Assembly (NCBI GenBank): GCA_963703315.1
Contig: OY969811.1
Span: forward strand, 384,001 to 448,000
Origin: an uncultured cyanobacterium
Lineage (GTDB): Bacteria > Cyanobacteriota > Cyanobacteriia > Pseudanabaenales > Pseudanabaenaceae
DNA: 64,000 nt
Direction: 5' to 3'
Under the pieces are notes generated by a model. It worked only from the letters and a program-made list of their open reading frames with translations, was not told where the DNA came from and did not search any database. The position numbers and the translations under genes were made by a program. Shown one piece after another: positions 40,802 to 52,206 of this stretch; within the stretch, counting starts at the first letter, position 1; each line of letters opens with the position of its first letter.

Positions 40802-42166
40802 TTAACTAAACCGCGCAATCTCAACCCCATTCTGAAAAATAACTAACTCTAGATTAAGTGAACTAGCAGGGAAAATCGCATCCTTGGCAACTGCTCGAAT
40901 TTCATAGGGAGATTTAAGTTCACTAGCTACTCTAAACAGTTCAGTCAAGGCTTCAGGTGAAAAATTACCAACTTTTCCTGTCAACGGATTTCCGAGAACA
41001 CCTTCAGTACGAGCGCGAATGCTAACTAGCAAGAAGAGTTTTTCAATCTCGGATGCGATCGCTTGGGGTGACAGATTTGGATTGAATTGGAGGGTGGCAA
41101 TTGCATAGCCACGAGCAAAAATCTGACGGTTGAGGTTAACATCAGCCGTAATCGCAATTTTGGTTTCCCGTTTCAAAAAGTTACCTGCGGAGAAAATCCG
41201 AATTACATAACTTCTACCATCTTTGATCCGATTGAGCAATCCTTCAAGCTGGGCATCAGTAACTTTGATGACAGGTTCTTGGGGAGCTTGATCGGGTAAA
41301 AAATCTAAGGCTTCACGAGCATTACGTTCTGCTTGTTGCAGTATTTGCATACTGGCTTGCCGTAGTTCAGATTGGCTCAAGTTGGGACGCACAACCCCAA
41401 TCGATAGAATTTGATCGGCAAAAATTGCTACGTTGCCTTTGCGTAAAGCTGCAAGGCTGACTAGTAATTGCTCACGGGCAGATTCAAGAGATGCTACCTC
41501 TGCACCCAGCGAGACTCTTTGCTTTTCAATTTCCGCTAAACGCTGTTCTGATTCCCCAACTCTTTGTTTGAGAGTTTCGCGATCGCGAGAAATAGTGACC
41601 AACTCACTGGCAATACGTTCTTTTTCATTGCGAAGTTGACTACTTTCAGCTTGGAGACTTTCTTGCTCTGCGGTCAAACTTTGAATGCGATCGCGCAGAT
41701 CCGCTTCCTGCTTTGAGGCTTTTTGTAACTCCTCATCAGCTTGGGCAAACTTGCTTTCAACGGCTTTTAATAGTTTTTGAGTCTCTAGTTGTTTCTGCAC
41801 AGCTTGAACTAAGGACTTATTGATTTCGCCCAAACGTTGTTGGGCTTTTTCCTGCTCAGTTTTAGCGGCATTTAGCTCAGTTTCAATCTTTTGCTTTTGT
41901 GCTTGACTACTAGATAACTCAGAGCGAATACTTTCGAGGCGAAATAGTCCATCCCTTAACTGTCCACTGAGAAGTAATAAAATCCCTAAAGTTGAGGCAG
42001 AGATCATGCCTCCAGTGGCGATCGTCACTAAAGTAGCAGTGTCACGCGGTCTGAGGTTAAATATGCTAAGTCGCGCTCTACCAACCTTAGTACCAATGCG
42101 ATCGCCTAATGTTGCGATCATGCCTCCTAAGATCAAAATCGCTAAAATCAGCGTATATCCAGCCAT
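40802..42166 (-). CDS. DUF3084 coiled-coil membrane protein
   Basis: GG.IAT.GDRIG.KVG.ARLS.F.LRPR.TA, long coiled coil. Confidence 0.88.
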   Translation of the reverse strand: MAGYTLILAILILGGMIATLGDRIGTKVGRARLSIFNLRPRDTATLVTIATGGMISASTLGILLLLSGQLRDGLFRLESIRSELSSSQAQKQKIETELNAAKTEQEKAQQRLGEINKSLVQAVQKQLETQKLLKAVESKFAQADEELQKASKQEADLRDRIQSLTAEQESLQAESSQLRNEKERIASELVTISRDRETLKQRVGESEQRLAEIEKQRVSLGAEVASLESAREQLLVSLAALRKGNVAIFADQILSIGVVRPNLSQSELRQASMQILQQAERNAREALDFLPDQAPQEPVIKVTDAQLEGLLNRIKDGRSYVIRIFSAGNFLKRETKIAITADVNLNRQIFARGYAIATLQFNPNLSPQAIASEIEKLFLLVSIRARTEGVLGNPLTGKVGNFSPEALTELFRVASELKSPYEIRAVAKDAIFPASSLNLELVIFQNGVEIARFS

Positions 42167-42499
42167 GTAACTCCTGAGTCCTCACGGTGTTGATTTTAGC
42201 AGATTCTCGCCGTAGGGGGTAATTCATGAATTATCTCTTGTAAATCTATCGCCAGTCTGGTTATTCCCTTCCCACTCTAAAATAGGTGTTATAGGCATAG
42301 CCAAGCAAGTTAAGACATAAAACCCAAAAGAGAGTGGCGGCGCTTCGCGCCGCCACTCTCTTTTGGGTTCTGGTAAAGTGAATAATTGGTAGTGCGCGGC
42401 GCAGCCGCGCACTACCAATTATTCAGGGAGTAAAATATGGTTTTTAAGGCATTTTTGCGTAAGTCTTATCTGTCTCAAATGTAATGCAAGTGAATAACT

Positions 42500-43171
42500 A
42501 TGATTCAATTGGAAAATATTCGCAAAGCCTACCGTCTTGGTGAAGTTGATGTCCCTGTACTGAGAGGTATTGATTTAGATATTCAGTCTGGAGAATATGC
42601 TGCGATTATGGGAATGTCGGGATCTGGCAAATCAACGCTGATGAATATCATTGGTTGTCTCGATCGCCCTTCATCGGGTAAGTACTATCTCGAAGATCGA
42701 GAATTGACAACCTATAACGATGATGAACTTGCTTATATTCGCAATCGTCGGATTGGGTTTGTATTTCAGCAGTTTAATTTGCTTTCACGTTCCACTGCGC
42801 TAGAGAATGTGATGCTACCAATGATTTATTCTAATATTCCCAAAGAAAAGCGTCGTCGTCTGGCAACCGAAGCCCTAACCAAAGTGGGACTTAAGGATCG
42901 GATGCTCAATCGTCCTAATCAACTATCAGGTGGACAACAGCAGCGTGTAGCGATCGCCCGTGCTTTAGCTAATCGCCCTGCCCTGATTCTTGCCGATGAA
43001 CCGACAGGTGCATTAGATACGCAAACCTCCCATGAAGTGATGGAGTTGTTAGGAGACTTAAATGAGCAGGGAATTACGATTGTTCTGGTTACCCATGAGC
43101 CAGATGTTGCCGAGAGGACTCGTCGCATTATCCGTATTCAAGATGGCTTAATTTCTACTCCCTCCCACTAA
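42500..43171 (+). CDS. ABC transporter ATP-binding protein (MacB/LolD-like)
   Basis: GMSGSGKST, LSGGQQQRVAIARAL, ADEPTGALD. Confidence 0.93.
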   Translation: MIQLENIRKAYRLGEVDVPVLRGIDLDIQSGEYAAIMGMSGSGKSTLMNIIGCLDRPSSGKYYLEDRELTTYNDDELAYIRNRRIGFVFQQFNLLSRSTALENVMLPMIYSNIPKEKRRRLATEALTKVGLKDRMLNRPNQLSGGQQQRVAIARALANRPALILADEPTGALDTQTSHEVMELLGDLNEQGITIVLVTHEPDVAERTRRIIRIQDGLISTPSH

Positions 43172-43228
43172 TAAGAATAAGCGATCGCCTAGTTCTTGTG
43201 CTGCCTGCTAAGCGGGCGGCATAAGCTT

Positions 43229-45046
43229 CTATGGTTTAAGTGAAGAAGAGATAAATCCATTCTTGATTAAACTCTTAGCAGATTCAGCATTTACAGGTCT
43301 AGAAAATAAATACCCCTGAGCAAATGTACAACCTAATTTTTTGATTTCTGCTAACTGCTCCTCAGTTTCCACCCCTTCCGCGATCGTATGCATCTTTAAA
43401 CTCTGAGCTAGAGCAATAATTGCACTGATAATCTCTGTATTCTTGCCATTTTCCCCAATTCGCATTACAAAGGAGCGATCTATTTTGAGATGATCGATGG
43501 GTAATCGATGGAGATAGCTGAGTGAAGAATAACCTGTCCCAAAATCATCGATACTCAACTGAATATGGCGATCGCGCAATTTTTCAATAATCTTGCCAGC
43601 AAAGTCGGCATTCTCCATAATGTCACTTTCGGTAATTTCTAGTCTTAAAGAAGCTCCATCAATTCCAGTTTCCAACAGAATATTATCGATCTGCTTCAAT
43701 AAGTCAAAACTCATAAAATGTTTTACAGAAAGATTGACATTCATCGTCAGAGATGGGGCAACCACCCCATCATTTCGCCATTGACGCAATTGCTGACAGG
43801 ATTGACGCACCATAAAGAGATCAATTGCCACTACTAATCCTGTATCTTCAGCGATCGGGATAAATTTAGTAGGAGCGACTTGTCCTTTTTCAGGATGATT
43901 CCAGCGCACTAATGCTTCCAAGGAAGAAATTTCGTTAGTGTTAATGTCAACTATTGGCTGGTAATAAGCTTCAAATTCATTCCTCTCTAAGGCGTGTCTT
44001 AGTTCAGACTCTAATTGAAAGTTATGGAGAGCATGGCTATGCATGGTTTGCTCAAAGACCTGATAGCAGGCTTTTCCATTTGCCTTGGCGCGATACATGG
44101 CGGTGTCAGCATCACGCAAGATATGTTCAGGCTGTGTGTAAATATTACTACCCATAACAATGCCAATACTGACATTGGTAAATACCTGATAATCAGCGAT
44201 TTGGAAAGGTTCAGACAATTCACGCAAAATCTTATTAGCAATTTGGGTTGCCGTAGAGACATCATCAATATTGTGGAGCAGGATTACAAATTCATCGCCC
44301 CCTAGACGACAAAGCATGGAACTAGGATGCAGGCATAGCTCGATCCTGCGAGCGAGTAAAACTAATAGCTGATCTCCAACGGAATGACCGAGGGAGTCAT
44401 TTACTGATTGAAAGCGATCGCAATCTAAAAATAAAACCGCAAAGTGATAACCGACCTGATTATTGGCTTGTTGGAAGATCTGCTCTAAGCGTTTCATAAA
44501 CCAAGTGCGATTAGGTAGCCCCGTGAGGACATCGTGTAGCGCTAGATGCAAAAGTCGCTCTTGCGCTTGTAGACGCTCGGCAATTTCTTGTTCTAGCTGG
44601 ACAGTTCGCTGGCGTACCCTTTGTTCAAGTTCAGCATTTAGTTGGTTGATTTCTTTTTGGGCGGCTCTTAAACTTAAGTGGGTTTGAATACGGGCTAAAA
44701 CTTCTTCTAACTGAAATGGTTTGGTGATGTAGTCCACACCACCCACACTAAAAGCTTTAACTTTATCGATGACTTCATCTAAAGCACTCAAAAAAATTAT
44801 GGGAATATCACAGGTTTTTTCATTGGCTTTTAGACGTTGACAAACTTCGTAGCCATCGATATTGGGCATCATGATATCGAGCAGAATCAAGTCTGGATTT
44901 GCTGCTTGAGCTACTGTCAAAGCCATTAAGCCATCAGTAACACTCCGAACCTTATAGCCTTGCTCCGTTAAAGTTGTCGATAAAAAGCGTAGGTTATTCG
45001 GCATATCATCGACTATCAAGATGTCTCCACTATATTCTCTAGTCAT
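43229..45046 (-). CDS. REC-GGDEF-EAL c-di-GMP enzyme
   Basis: ILLDIMMP receiver; RLGGDEF; EALVRW; DDFGTGYSSL. Confidence 0.95.
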   Translation of the reverse strand: MTREYSGDILIVDDMPNNLRFLSTTLTEQGYKVRSVTDGLMALTVAQAANPDLILLDIMMPNIDGYEVCQRLKANEKTCDIPIIFLSALDEVIDKVKAFSVGGVDYITKPFQLEEVLARIQTHLSLRAAQKEINQLNAELEQRVRQRTVQLEQEIAERLQAQERLLHLALHDVLTGLPNRTWFMKRLEQIFQQANNQVGYHFAVLFLDCDRFQSVNDSLGHSVGDQLLVLLARRIELCLHPSSMLCRLGGDEFVILLHNIDDVSTATQIANKILRELSEPFQIADYQVFTNVSIGIVMGSNIYTQPEHILRDADTAMYRAKANGKACYQVFEQTMHSHALHNFQLESELRHALERNEFEAYYQPIVDINTNEISSLEALVRWNHPEKGQVAPTKFIPIAEDTGLVVAIDLFMVRQSCQQLRQWRNDGVVAPSLTMNVNLSVKHFMSFDLLKQIDNILLETGIDGASLRLEITESDIMENADFAGKIIEKLRDRHIQLSIDDFGTGYSSLSYLHRLPIDHLKIDRSFVMRIGENGKNTEIISAIIALAQSLKMHTIAEGVETEEQLAEIKKLGCTFAQGYLFSRPVNAESAKSLIKNGFISSSLKP

Positions 45047-45118
45047 TAGTTAGCCATATAACCATAAAGTTTTTTGCTTAAAGCTTTCCCAATGACAACT
45101 AGGTGTCACCGAATCTAA

Positions 45119-45234
45119 TAAGTAGCCGGGCATAATTAAAAGCCAGAGCCAAAACCTGTGGCGCACGCGCAGCGTACGCCACAGGTTTTGGGACAGGTTT
45201 TGGGATTTTATATTTAATTGCGCCCAGCTACTTA
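45119..45234. mobile_element. MITE-like element with internal palindrome
   Basis: Inverted ends taagtagccgggcataattaaa / tttaattgcgcccagctactta; partial copy at ~32682-32754. Confidence 0.7.
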
Positions 45235-45424
45235 TTAGCAAGGCATCATTAAGCATTGATATTAAGCTAGCCATTGATTTTAAGTCTATTATTACAATCC
45301 GTTTTATGTTTTTTATTTAGGGAGGTACAAATGACTCTTTACTCTAAAAAGCAATGATGGACTGCACTGCTCAAAGTTTATAATGGATGTACCAATGATC
45401 AAGGCGATCGCGACGATTACTTAT

Positions 45425-48400
45425 CTACTTATCAAGATTCTGCTCAAGAGCTTCTTGAGCTAGACCCATGATCTGATTGTAACAAAAATTATCAGCAAGA
45501 CTGAGTAAAGAATGAATTAAAGCCGTGTTATTGCTGGGAATATCCTCCGCTAATTCGGCAATTAAGTCACTGTCTGCCATACTTGCAGATCGATGTAGTT
45601 TTTTGAGCCAACTAGTCGGCATTTGCGGCAAAAATTGTTTGAGATAGGAGATTGATGTTTCAAGGTCAATGTTTTCCCTGCCAATATTACCCATGACATC
45701 AGCATTCGTTTCAGTTTCGTATAGATAAACTACTCCGAGATATTCTGCCAACTTTTCTAAAATTAATGCTTCTCGAAATGGTTTCCGCACAAAGTCATCA
45801 CATCCTGCCGATAGAATAATCGTTTTTTCTTCTTCTAAGGCACTGGCGGTTAAGGCAATAATTACGGTCGCCTGTCCTTTTAAGTGAGCTTTAATCTGCC
45901 TTGTGGCTTCATACCCATCCATAACTGGCATTCGCATATCCATCCAGATAAGTTGGGGCTGCCACTCTTCCCAAATGACGATCGCTTCTGCCCCATTTTC
46001 GGCTTCACGGACTTGGAAGCCCACAGCTTCGAGCAATTTAACTAGCAAATGCCGACTTTCCCAACGATCTTCGACAACTAGAAGTCGATATTCAGGTTGG
46101 TTGGGGGCTAAGCCAATCACATAGCGATCGCTTAGTGGTTTAGACACAGCAGGAGCTTTAGGTACATCTACTGGTAGAAAAACCTCAAAACTACTGCCTT
46201 CTCCAACCCTACTACTGACAGCAATCTTACCCCCTAAAAACTGAGCAAACTTACGGCTGATCGGTAAACCTAAACCTGTTCCTTCGGAGGATTGTTTACC
46301 TAGTTCCGTTTGTTCAAAGGCTTCAAAAATCTTTTCTAAAGAGTTGGAGGGAATCCCTTCACCAGTATCAGCTACGGTAAATTTTAAAATCGTCTGATTT
46401 TCTAATCTGACAACTTCTGTGGGAATTACGGATGGCTCGATCGCCTCAGCAGCTAAAGTCACAGATCCAAAGGTAGTGAATTTAATCGCATTACTCAACA
46501 AATTAATGAGAATCTGACGTAGTTTTCCTTCATCGGTATTAATCCAGCGTGGGACTGTTGGCGATCGCGTAAAGTTTAGCTGCAATGCTTTATCGTTAAC
46601 TTTCAGGCGAAACATTTTTTCGATAGTATCGAGCAGATGATATAGATCGAAACTAGTAATGTTTAGGGTGATGCGTCCAGATTCGATTTTGGACATATCT
46701 AAAACATCATTAATTAGTTCCAATAAATGTTCACCGCTATTATGAATTATTTTCAGATAGGAACGATGCGTATCCTTGAGCGTTGGATCGCGTGCCATTA
46801 GTTGAGCAAATCCCAGAATCGCATTTAGAGGTGTACGCAGTTCATGGCTCATCCTTGCTAAAAACTGTCCCTTTGCTTGGCTAGCGTCTTCAGCAGCTTG
46901 TTTCGCCTGTTGGAGTTGTTGCTCAGTGTGTTTGCGCTCAGTGACATCACGAGTTACCCAAATTACCGTTTCCGTATTAATCGGCGAGATACTGGCATTC
47001 CACCAAACTGGTTGACTGTCAGGGTGAAAACAATATTCGATATTTAAAGTTTTCTGTGTATCTAAGACTTGGCGTACAGAACTGGTGAATAACTCTGCGA
47101 GATCTGCTGGCAGGATTTCGGAAGGAAGTTTGCCAATTACCTCATTAGGTGTGAGCCATCCCACTTCGCGACGGGTGGGCGGGATTTTGAGAATCCGTCC
47201 TGTGTGATCGCGTACCAAGATCACTTCATCCATCGCCCCGAACAAGGCTTGCATTTCATCATTAGCTATTTTGAGTTTTTCTTCTGCTTGCTTATGATCA
47301 ATTCCCACCGCGATCGCATTGGCAATCAAATCGATAACTCGGACATCGGTATCTAGATGGGAATGCGAAATCATGATCATGATACCAATGACCTTGTTTT
47401 TGACAATCAGAGGATATCCCACTAGCGAAGCAATTTCTTTTTCTTGTAACCAGAGACGATCAGCCTCTGATAAATCTGCCAAAATCTGATCCGTTAATAG
47501 AGGCTGAAAACGCCCTTGGGTAATCGACCACATTTTGTCTTTCCCAATCAGAGTACTCAGGCGATCGCTATCTGATTGATTGTATTGACCAGTACTGACT
47601 TGTAAATCTAAAGTAGTTCCTAAGGGATTCATTGTCCAAATCTGAGCAAAAGCCACATTCATGTGTCGCCATAGAGATTCGACAAAGGATTGGAGGACAT
47701 CCTCTAATGTATAAAGTTGGGTTGATGCCGAACCAATTTCTGCCATTAAAATTGATAAATGCACGCGATCTAACAGTTCTGCTTCTACTTGCTTGCGATC
47801 GCTAATGTCAAAAATAGCTCCATCTAGCCACAATTGATCATCGTCACTGAAAACTCCTTGTCCTTTTTCATAAAGCCAACGAATATTGTCTTGAGCGTCA
47901 ATAATCCGATATTCAAGACAATATTGCTGTCTACAAGCTAGACTTTCACTAATATCCCGCCTAACCATCTCACAATCATCTGGATGAATGATACTTGACC
48001 AACTGCGGATTTGATTTTGGATAAAGTCTTCGGGCTGATAGCCTGTAATCTCGGTAACGGCTCCACCGATAAACGTCATTGTCCAATCGAGATCGTAGTC
48101 ACAACGATAAACAATCCCTGAGAAATTGGCAACTAAACTTCTAAACTGTTCTTCAGATGCTTGCAGCTCAGATGTACGTTCCTGAATTCGCAGTTCCAGA
48201 TTTTCATTAGTATTCTTTAATTCATAAAAAGAATGTTTTAGCTGGGTTGCCATTTGGTTAAATGATTGGGATAGCAGATTGAGTTCATTAATCCCCACAG
48301 GAGGGACTTCCCGATCTAATTCTCCATTTGCCAAAGCCTGACTAGCTAAAGTCAATCGCTGTAATGGTCTATTGATATATTGAGTAGTAAAAATCCCTAA

Positions 48401-49510
48401 GGCGATCGCACTACCAATTGATAGACAAGCAAATAGAATGGTTGTCTGCCGATTGATATCAATCTGCTCTGTAAAGTCTGACTCAGGCATGACCACCACA
48501 ATTAGCCAGTTAAGCCCATAGTCATCTCGATAAGGAAGTACTTTGAGAAATATTTGCTTCCCATCAATCCCAAATTTAATATTCTGCTCACTATTGATCT
48601 GCTCCCAGCCACCACGACCTTCTAAATATGCGGCGGCGGCTCGAATCGTTGATTGATTAATATTCTTAGCTGATATCCTTTGGAGATCTGGAGAGTTATT
48701 AGTGGTTGTATATAGATTCTCAGAAGTTGAGCTAGCGACTAATAGTCCAGAAGATTCGACAATAAAAGCTTGTCCTGACTTTCCGATGTTCAATTCACGC
48801 AGAAATTGACTAATATTTCCCAAAGCCAAATCTGTTCCCAAAATGCCAATGCGATCGCCATTCGCTCCATAGACCGCGAGACTAGCTGTAATTACCTGTT
48901 CAGGCAATTTGGAATCTTGATAAATGGGACTCCAAATCGGTTTCGCTGTTTTTAACGCTACTTGATACCAAGGTCGTTGACGAGCATCATAGAATTCTGG
49001 TTTCTCTTGAATTTGCAGACGGTTGCCTTGAGCATCAAGCGCATAATAATAACGCTGAAAACCACCCACATTCACTGCTAGCTGTAAAGACTTCTCTGGG
49101 CTGTATCCCTTATTCAAACGAGTGACTCCCACAAATTCCCCAGCCTTTTCGCCTCCATAATAAATCCAAGCAACTGTCGGGAAGTTCTGAATTTGTTGCC
49201 AGAGATACTTCTCACTAGCCTGACCTTGAGTTTTTAAGATGCCTTGCTGCACAGCATCGGCATTCAGTTTATTGACTAGATGCGGAGTTCTCAGATAAGA
49301 AGTTAGTTTTTGTTTGATGCGATCGCTGATTTCATTCTGGAGTTGCTCTACTAAGTTAGAGGTTGTCTGCTGCTCACTGCGCCAAGACAACCACGCAATT
49401 AAGCCCAATATACCAATAATCAAGGTCACAAACTGACCAATTAGAATAAACTGCAATGGCAACTTTCGCGGTTTACCAGAAAGAGATTGCGGCAAAAGGC
49501 GATCGTTCAT
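45425..49510 (-). CDS. Hybrid sensor histidine kinase (Cache-HAMP-PAS-GAF-PAS-HK-REC)
   Basis: YDARQRPWY Cache motif, HAMP, MSHELRTPLN, NLLSNAIKFT, GTGLGL, WMDMRMP. Confidence 0.95.
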   Translation of the reverse strand: MNDRLLPQSLSGKPRKLPLQFILIGQFVTLIIGILGLIAWLSWRSEQQTTSNLVEQLQNEISDRIKQKLTSYLRTPHLVNKLNADAVQQGILKTQGQASEKYLWQQIQNFPTVAWIYYGGEKAGEFVGVTRLNKGYSPEKSLQLAVNVGGFQRYYYALDAQGNRLQIQEKPEFYDARQRPWYQVALKTAKPIWSPIYQDSKLPEQVITASLAVYGANGDRIGILGTDLALGNISQFLRELNIGKSGQAFIVESSGLLVASSTSENLYTTTNNSPDLQRISAKNINQSTIRAAAAYLEGRGGWEQINSEQNIKFGIDGKQIFLKVLPYRDDYGLNWLIVVVMPESDFTEQIDINRQTTILFACLSIGSAIALGIFTTQYINRPLQRLTLASQALANGELDREVPPVGINELNLLSQSFNQMATQLKHSFYELKNTNENLELRIQERTSELQASEEQFRSLVANFSGIVYRCDYDLDWTMTFIGGAVTEITGYQPEDFIQNQIRSWSSIIHPDDCEMVRRDISESLACRQQYCLEYRIIDAQDNIRWLYEKGQGVFSDDDQLWLDGAIFDISDRKQVEAELLDRVHLSILMAEIGSASTQLYTLEDVLQSFVESLWRHMNVAFAQIWTMNPLGTTLDLQVSTGQYNQSDSDRLSTLIGKDKMWSITQGRFQPLLTDQILADLSEADRLWLQEKEIASLVGYPLIVKNKVIGIMIMISHSHLDTDVRVIDLIANAIAVGIDHKQAEEKLKIANDEMQALFGAMDEVILVRDHTGRILKIPPTRREVGWLTPNEVIGKLPSEILPADLAELFTSSVRQVLDTQKTLNIEYCFHPDSQPVWWNASISPINTETVIWVTRDVTERKHTEQQLQQAKQAAEDASQAKGQFLARMSHELRTPLNAILGFAQLMARDPTLKDTHRSYLKIIHNSGEHLLELINDVLDMSKIESGRITLNITSFDLYHLLDTIEKMFRLKVNDKALQLNFTRSPTVPRWINTDEGKLRQILINLLSNAIKFTTFGSVTLAAEAIEPSVIPTEVVRLENQTILKFTVADTGEGIPSNSLEKIFEAFEQTELGKQSSEGTGLGLPISRKFAQFLGGKIAVSSRVGEGSSFEVFLPVDVPKAPAVSKPLSDRYVIGLAPNQPEYRLLVVEDRWESRHLLVKLLEAVGFQVREAENGAEAIVIWEEWQPQLIWMDMRMPVMDGYEATRQIKAHLKGQATVIIALTASALEEEKTIILSAGCDDFVRKPFREALILEKLAEYLGVVYLYETETNADVMGNIGRENIDLETSISYLKQFLPQMPTSWLKKLHRSASMADSDLIAELAEDIPSNNTALIHSLLSLADNFCYNQIMGLAQEALEQNLDK

Positions 49511-49542
49511 AAAAATAACTTAGGGGCAAGTTTTTGTATGTT

Positions 49543-49875
49543 TAGGACTTACGCAAATTAAAAACTGCCCTCATCCCCCACCCCCTTCTCCCAGAGAGGG
49601 AGAAGGGGAGTAAGAATTTTTTCTTGTTCCCCTCTCCTCTTTGGGAGCTACCGTGTACACACAAGTCTAACTGTCTACGTTTCGATTGATCTAAGCCCCC
49701 TAAATCCCCCAATTCTGGGGGACTTTGAAAGAATTTTATTTTCTTGTTCCCCCAGAATTGGGGGCTAGGGGGCGATTAATTGTTGACTTGACTAGGTTTT
49801 ATGACTTGTGTGTACACCGTAGCTTTGGGAGAGGGGCTAGGGGTGAGGGTCTTAGCAACTTCTGCGTAAGTCCTA
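49543..49875. mobile_element. Nested MITEs
   Basis: Outer TIR taggacttacgca with ATGTT duplication; inner element 49648-49822 with TIR ctac.gtgtacacacaagtc and 9-bp duplication CTTTGGGAG. Confidence 0.88.
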
Positions 49876-49896
49876 ATGTTTTCAGATTATCTTACC

Positions 49897-50577
49897 CTAG
49901 CTCAAGGTTTTGACTGTGATAGCTTGTAAACATCTGGTAATTCTTGCCGCAATGCGTAACCGCTTTGCATACCAATTAGCAACTGGATCTACCCCTGAGA
50001 GTTCGCTGGTCGCAATCCGATTCAGTCCATGATCGGCTCCAGAGCTATGGATATATTTGTCATCACCAATATAGATGCCGACATGAGTTGCTTTTTGAGC
50101 AGTCCCAAAAAAGACAAGATCACCGATTTGCATTGCATAAAATGGGATTGGCTCACCAAAAGCCTCTTGTTGATAAGCATCACGGGGAATCCAAATCCCA
50201 ACTGAGGCAAAGGCTGCTTGCATTAATCCCGAACAGTCATAATTTGGTGCAACCGTCCCGCCCCATAGATATTTATTGGGGACTGCCATTGCTTGTTTGA
50301 TAAAATCTATTACCTGCGGCAGGCGATCGCTGATTTCCTGAGCAGTTAAAACTGGCGGTAAATTATCAACAAAACTTGGGCGATCGCTTGGTACTAACTT
50401 CTCAAAATCTCGGCGATCGAGCAATCCTGTATAACTATCTTCGAGTAATTGAATTTTTAGGAAACTGGGCTGAGATTCTACTACTTGCAAATATCTACCC
50501 TTTGCCATCTGGGTCGCGAGGCGATCGAGCTTTGGTGAATCGTAAATATTAATGTCAGCCAAACTACGATAAATCAT
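49897..50577 (-). CDS. NlpC/P60 (C40) cell-wall peptidase
   Basis: YLWGG....DCSGL, PRDA.QQ, GDLVFF, HVGIY, YIHSS. Confidence 0.92.
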   Translation of the reverse strand: MIYRSLADINIYDSPKLDRLATQMAKGRYLQVVESQPSFLKIQLLEDSYTGLLDRRDFEKLVPSDRPSFVDNLPPVLTAQEISDRLPQVIDFIKQAMAVPNKYLWGGTVAPNYDCSGLMQAAFASVGIWIPRDAYQQEAFGEPIPFYAMQIGDLVFFGTAQKATHVGIYIGDDKYIHSSGADHGLNRIATSELSGVDPVANWYAKRLRIAARITRCLQAITVKTLS

Positions 50578-50726
50578 AAGTACAGTCTATTAAAAATTTC
50601 TCTGGGGTTTCATTATCTGCATGAAATGGATATTTCAGAATCATCCCACATTAGCTGTCCAGTGCCATACTTGTTGTATCTAGAGGTTGTTACTTGTAAT
50701 CTGGGAATAAAGTCTTGTCAATAACA

Positions 50727-51995
50727 ATGTCACAACAAACAGTGTCAAAACGAAGAAGCGATCGCTTGGTGTTATCTAATGGCATTGTGGTCTTAGTAAC
50801 CGAAAATCCAACGGCTGACATTATCGCAGCACGTTGCTTTTTTGCAGGTGGAGAGCGCGTTGAAACCCCTCAAAAGTCTGGTCTAACCCATTTAGCGGCT
50901 TCATTGATGACACGCGGTACGACCCACTATTCTTCGTTAGAAATTGCTGAACAGGTGGAGTCCATTGGCGCATCACTAGGTACTGAGTCTTCTAGTGATT
51001 ACTTTTTGCTATCTCTCAAAACAATTACTGCTGATTTTCATGACATCCTGTTGCTAGGATCAGAAATTTTGCGATCGCCTAGCTATCCCAATAGTGAACT
51101 GGATCTGGAGAGACGACTGACCATCCAATCAATCCGATCGCAGCAAGAGCGTCCCTTTACGATTGCTTACGATCGCTTGCAAAGGTTGATGTATGGCGAT
51201 CATCCCTATGGATTTTCTAGTTTGGGGACTGAAGAAAGCGTTAGTGCGATTACTCGTAATGATCTAGTAGATTTTCATCAACATCATTTGCGCCCCGATC
51301 AAATGGTGGTCAGTATCGCTGGCAAAATTTCTCCTGAACAGGCGATCGCACTGGTTGGTGAAGCCTTTGGCGATTGGCAAAGTCCTGCTCAACCTCAGAT
51401 AATTACTACGCCTACACCCCAGTTTCAACCATTGTTAGTCACCCATGAACAGGATACCCAACAGGCGATCGTGGTCATCGGCTATCCTGCCCCATCGGTT
51501 AGCTCTCCTGACTATGCAGCTTTAAAAATTATTTCAACTTACTTAGGCAATGGTTTATCCAGTCGCCTATTTGTGGAGTTACGGGAGAAGCGTGGACTTG
51601 CCTACGAAGTTTCGGCATTTTATCCCACTCGTTTAGAAGCATCGCAGTTTGTCGCCTATATTGGCACGGCTTCGCAAAATACGGGTACGGCTTTGGCAGG
51701 TTTGCGCCATGAGTGCGAGAGATTGGCAATGGTTGCCCTCACGGAAGATGAGCTATCAATTTGTAAAAGTAAGCTGCTCGGACAATATGCCCTCGGTAAG
51801 CAAACTAATAGTCAACTCGCGCAAGTCTATGGCTGGTATGAGGTAATGGGGCTAGGGCTAGAGTTTGATCACCAATTTGTCGAAGCGATCGAGTCGGTGA
51901 CTGTCGCTGATGTTCAGAATGTGGCTCAAAAGTATTTTGCTACGCCTGCGATTTCTGTGGTTGGTTCTGTAGATGCTTTGAAACAGGTAAACTAG
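50727..51995 (+). CDS. M16 peptidase subunit (non-catalytic type)
   Basis: LSNG, GLTHL...LM.RGT (HxxEH absent), SSRLF.ELREKRGLAY. Confidence 0.88.
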   Translation: MSQQTVSKRRSDRLVLSNGIVVLVTENPTADIIAARCFFAGGERVETPQKSGLTHLAASLMTRGTTHYSSLEIAEQVESIGASLGTESSSDYFLLSLKTITADFHDILLLGSEILRSPSYPNSELDLERRLTIQSIRSQQERPFTIAYDRLQRLMYGDHPYGFSSLGTEESVSAITRNDLVDFHQHHLRPDQMVVSIAGKISPEQAIALVGEAFGDWQSPAQPQIITTPTPQFQPLLVTHEQDTQQAIVVIGYPAPSVSSPDYAALKIISTYLGNGLSSRLFVELREKRGLAYEVSAFYPTRLEASQFVAYIGTASQNTGTALAGLRHECERLAMVALTEDELSICKSKLLGQYALGKQTNSQLAQVYGWYEVMGLGLEFDHQFVEAIESVTVADVQNVAQKYFATPAISVVGSVDALKQVN

Positions 51996-52206
51996 TTTGG
52001 TATATAGCTCTCGCCATTTGCAAGAACAAATCAAAACCCAAGAAGCGCTTCGCACCGCCAAGCGTCTTCTGGTTTTGTGTCCTAACAAGACTGTGAAGTA
52101 CAAGATTGTTTCCCCGCCGAAGGCGGGGAAACAATCCTCTTACCTCGCTTGCTTGAAAAGCGCTATAAAACTTGTAAATCATGTATTTAATGGAGTGAAT
52201 TTATCT

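Noticed and set aside
49725..49913. 62-aa ORF, and likewise 63412-63645
   Set aside because: Lie within MITE/REP repeats; no protein features.
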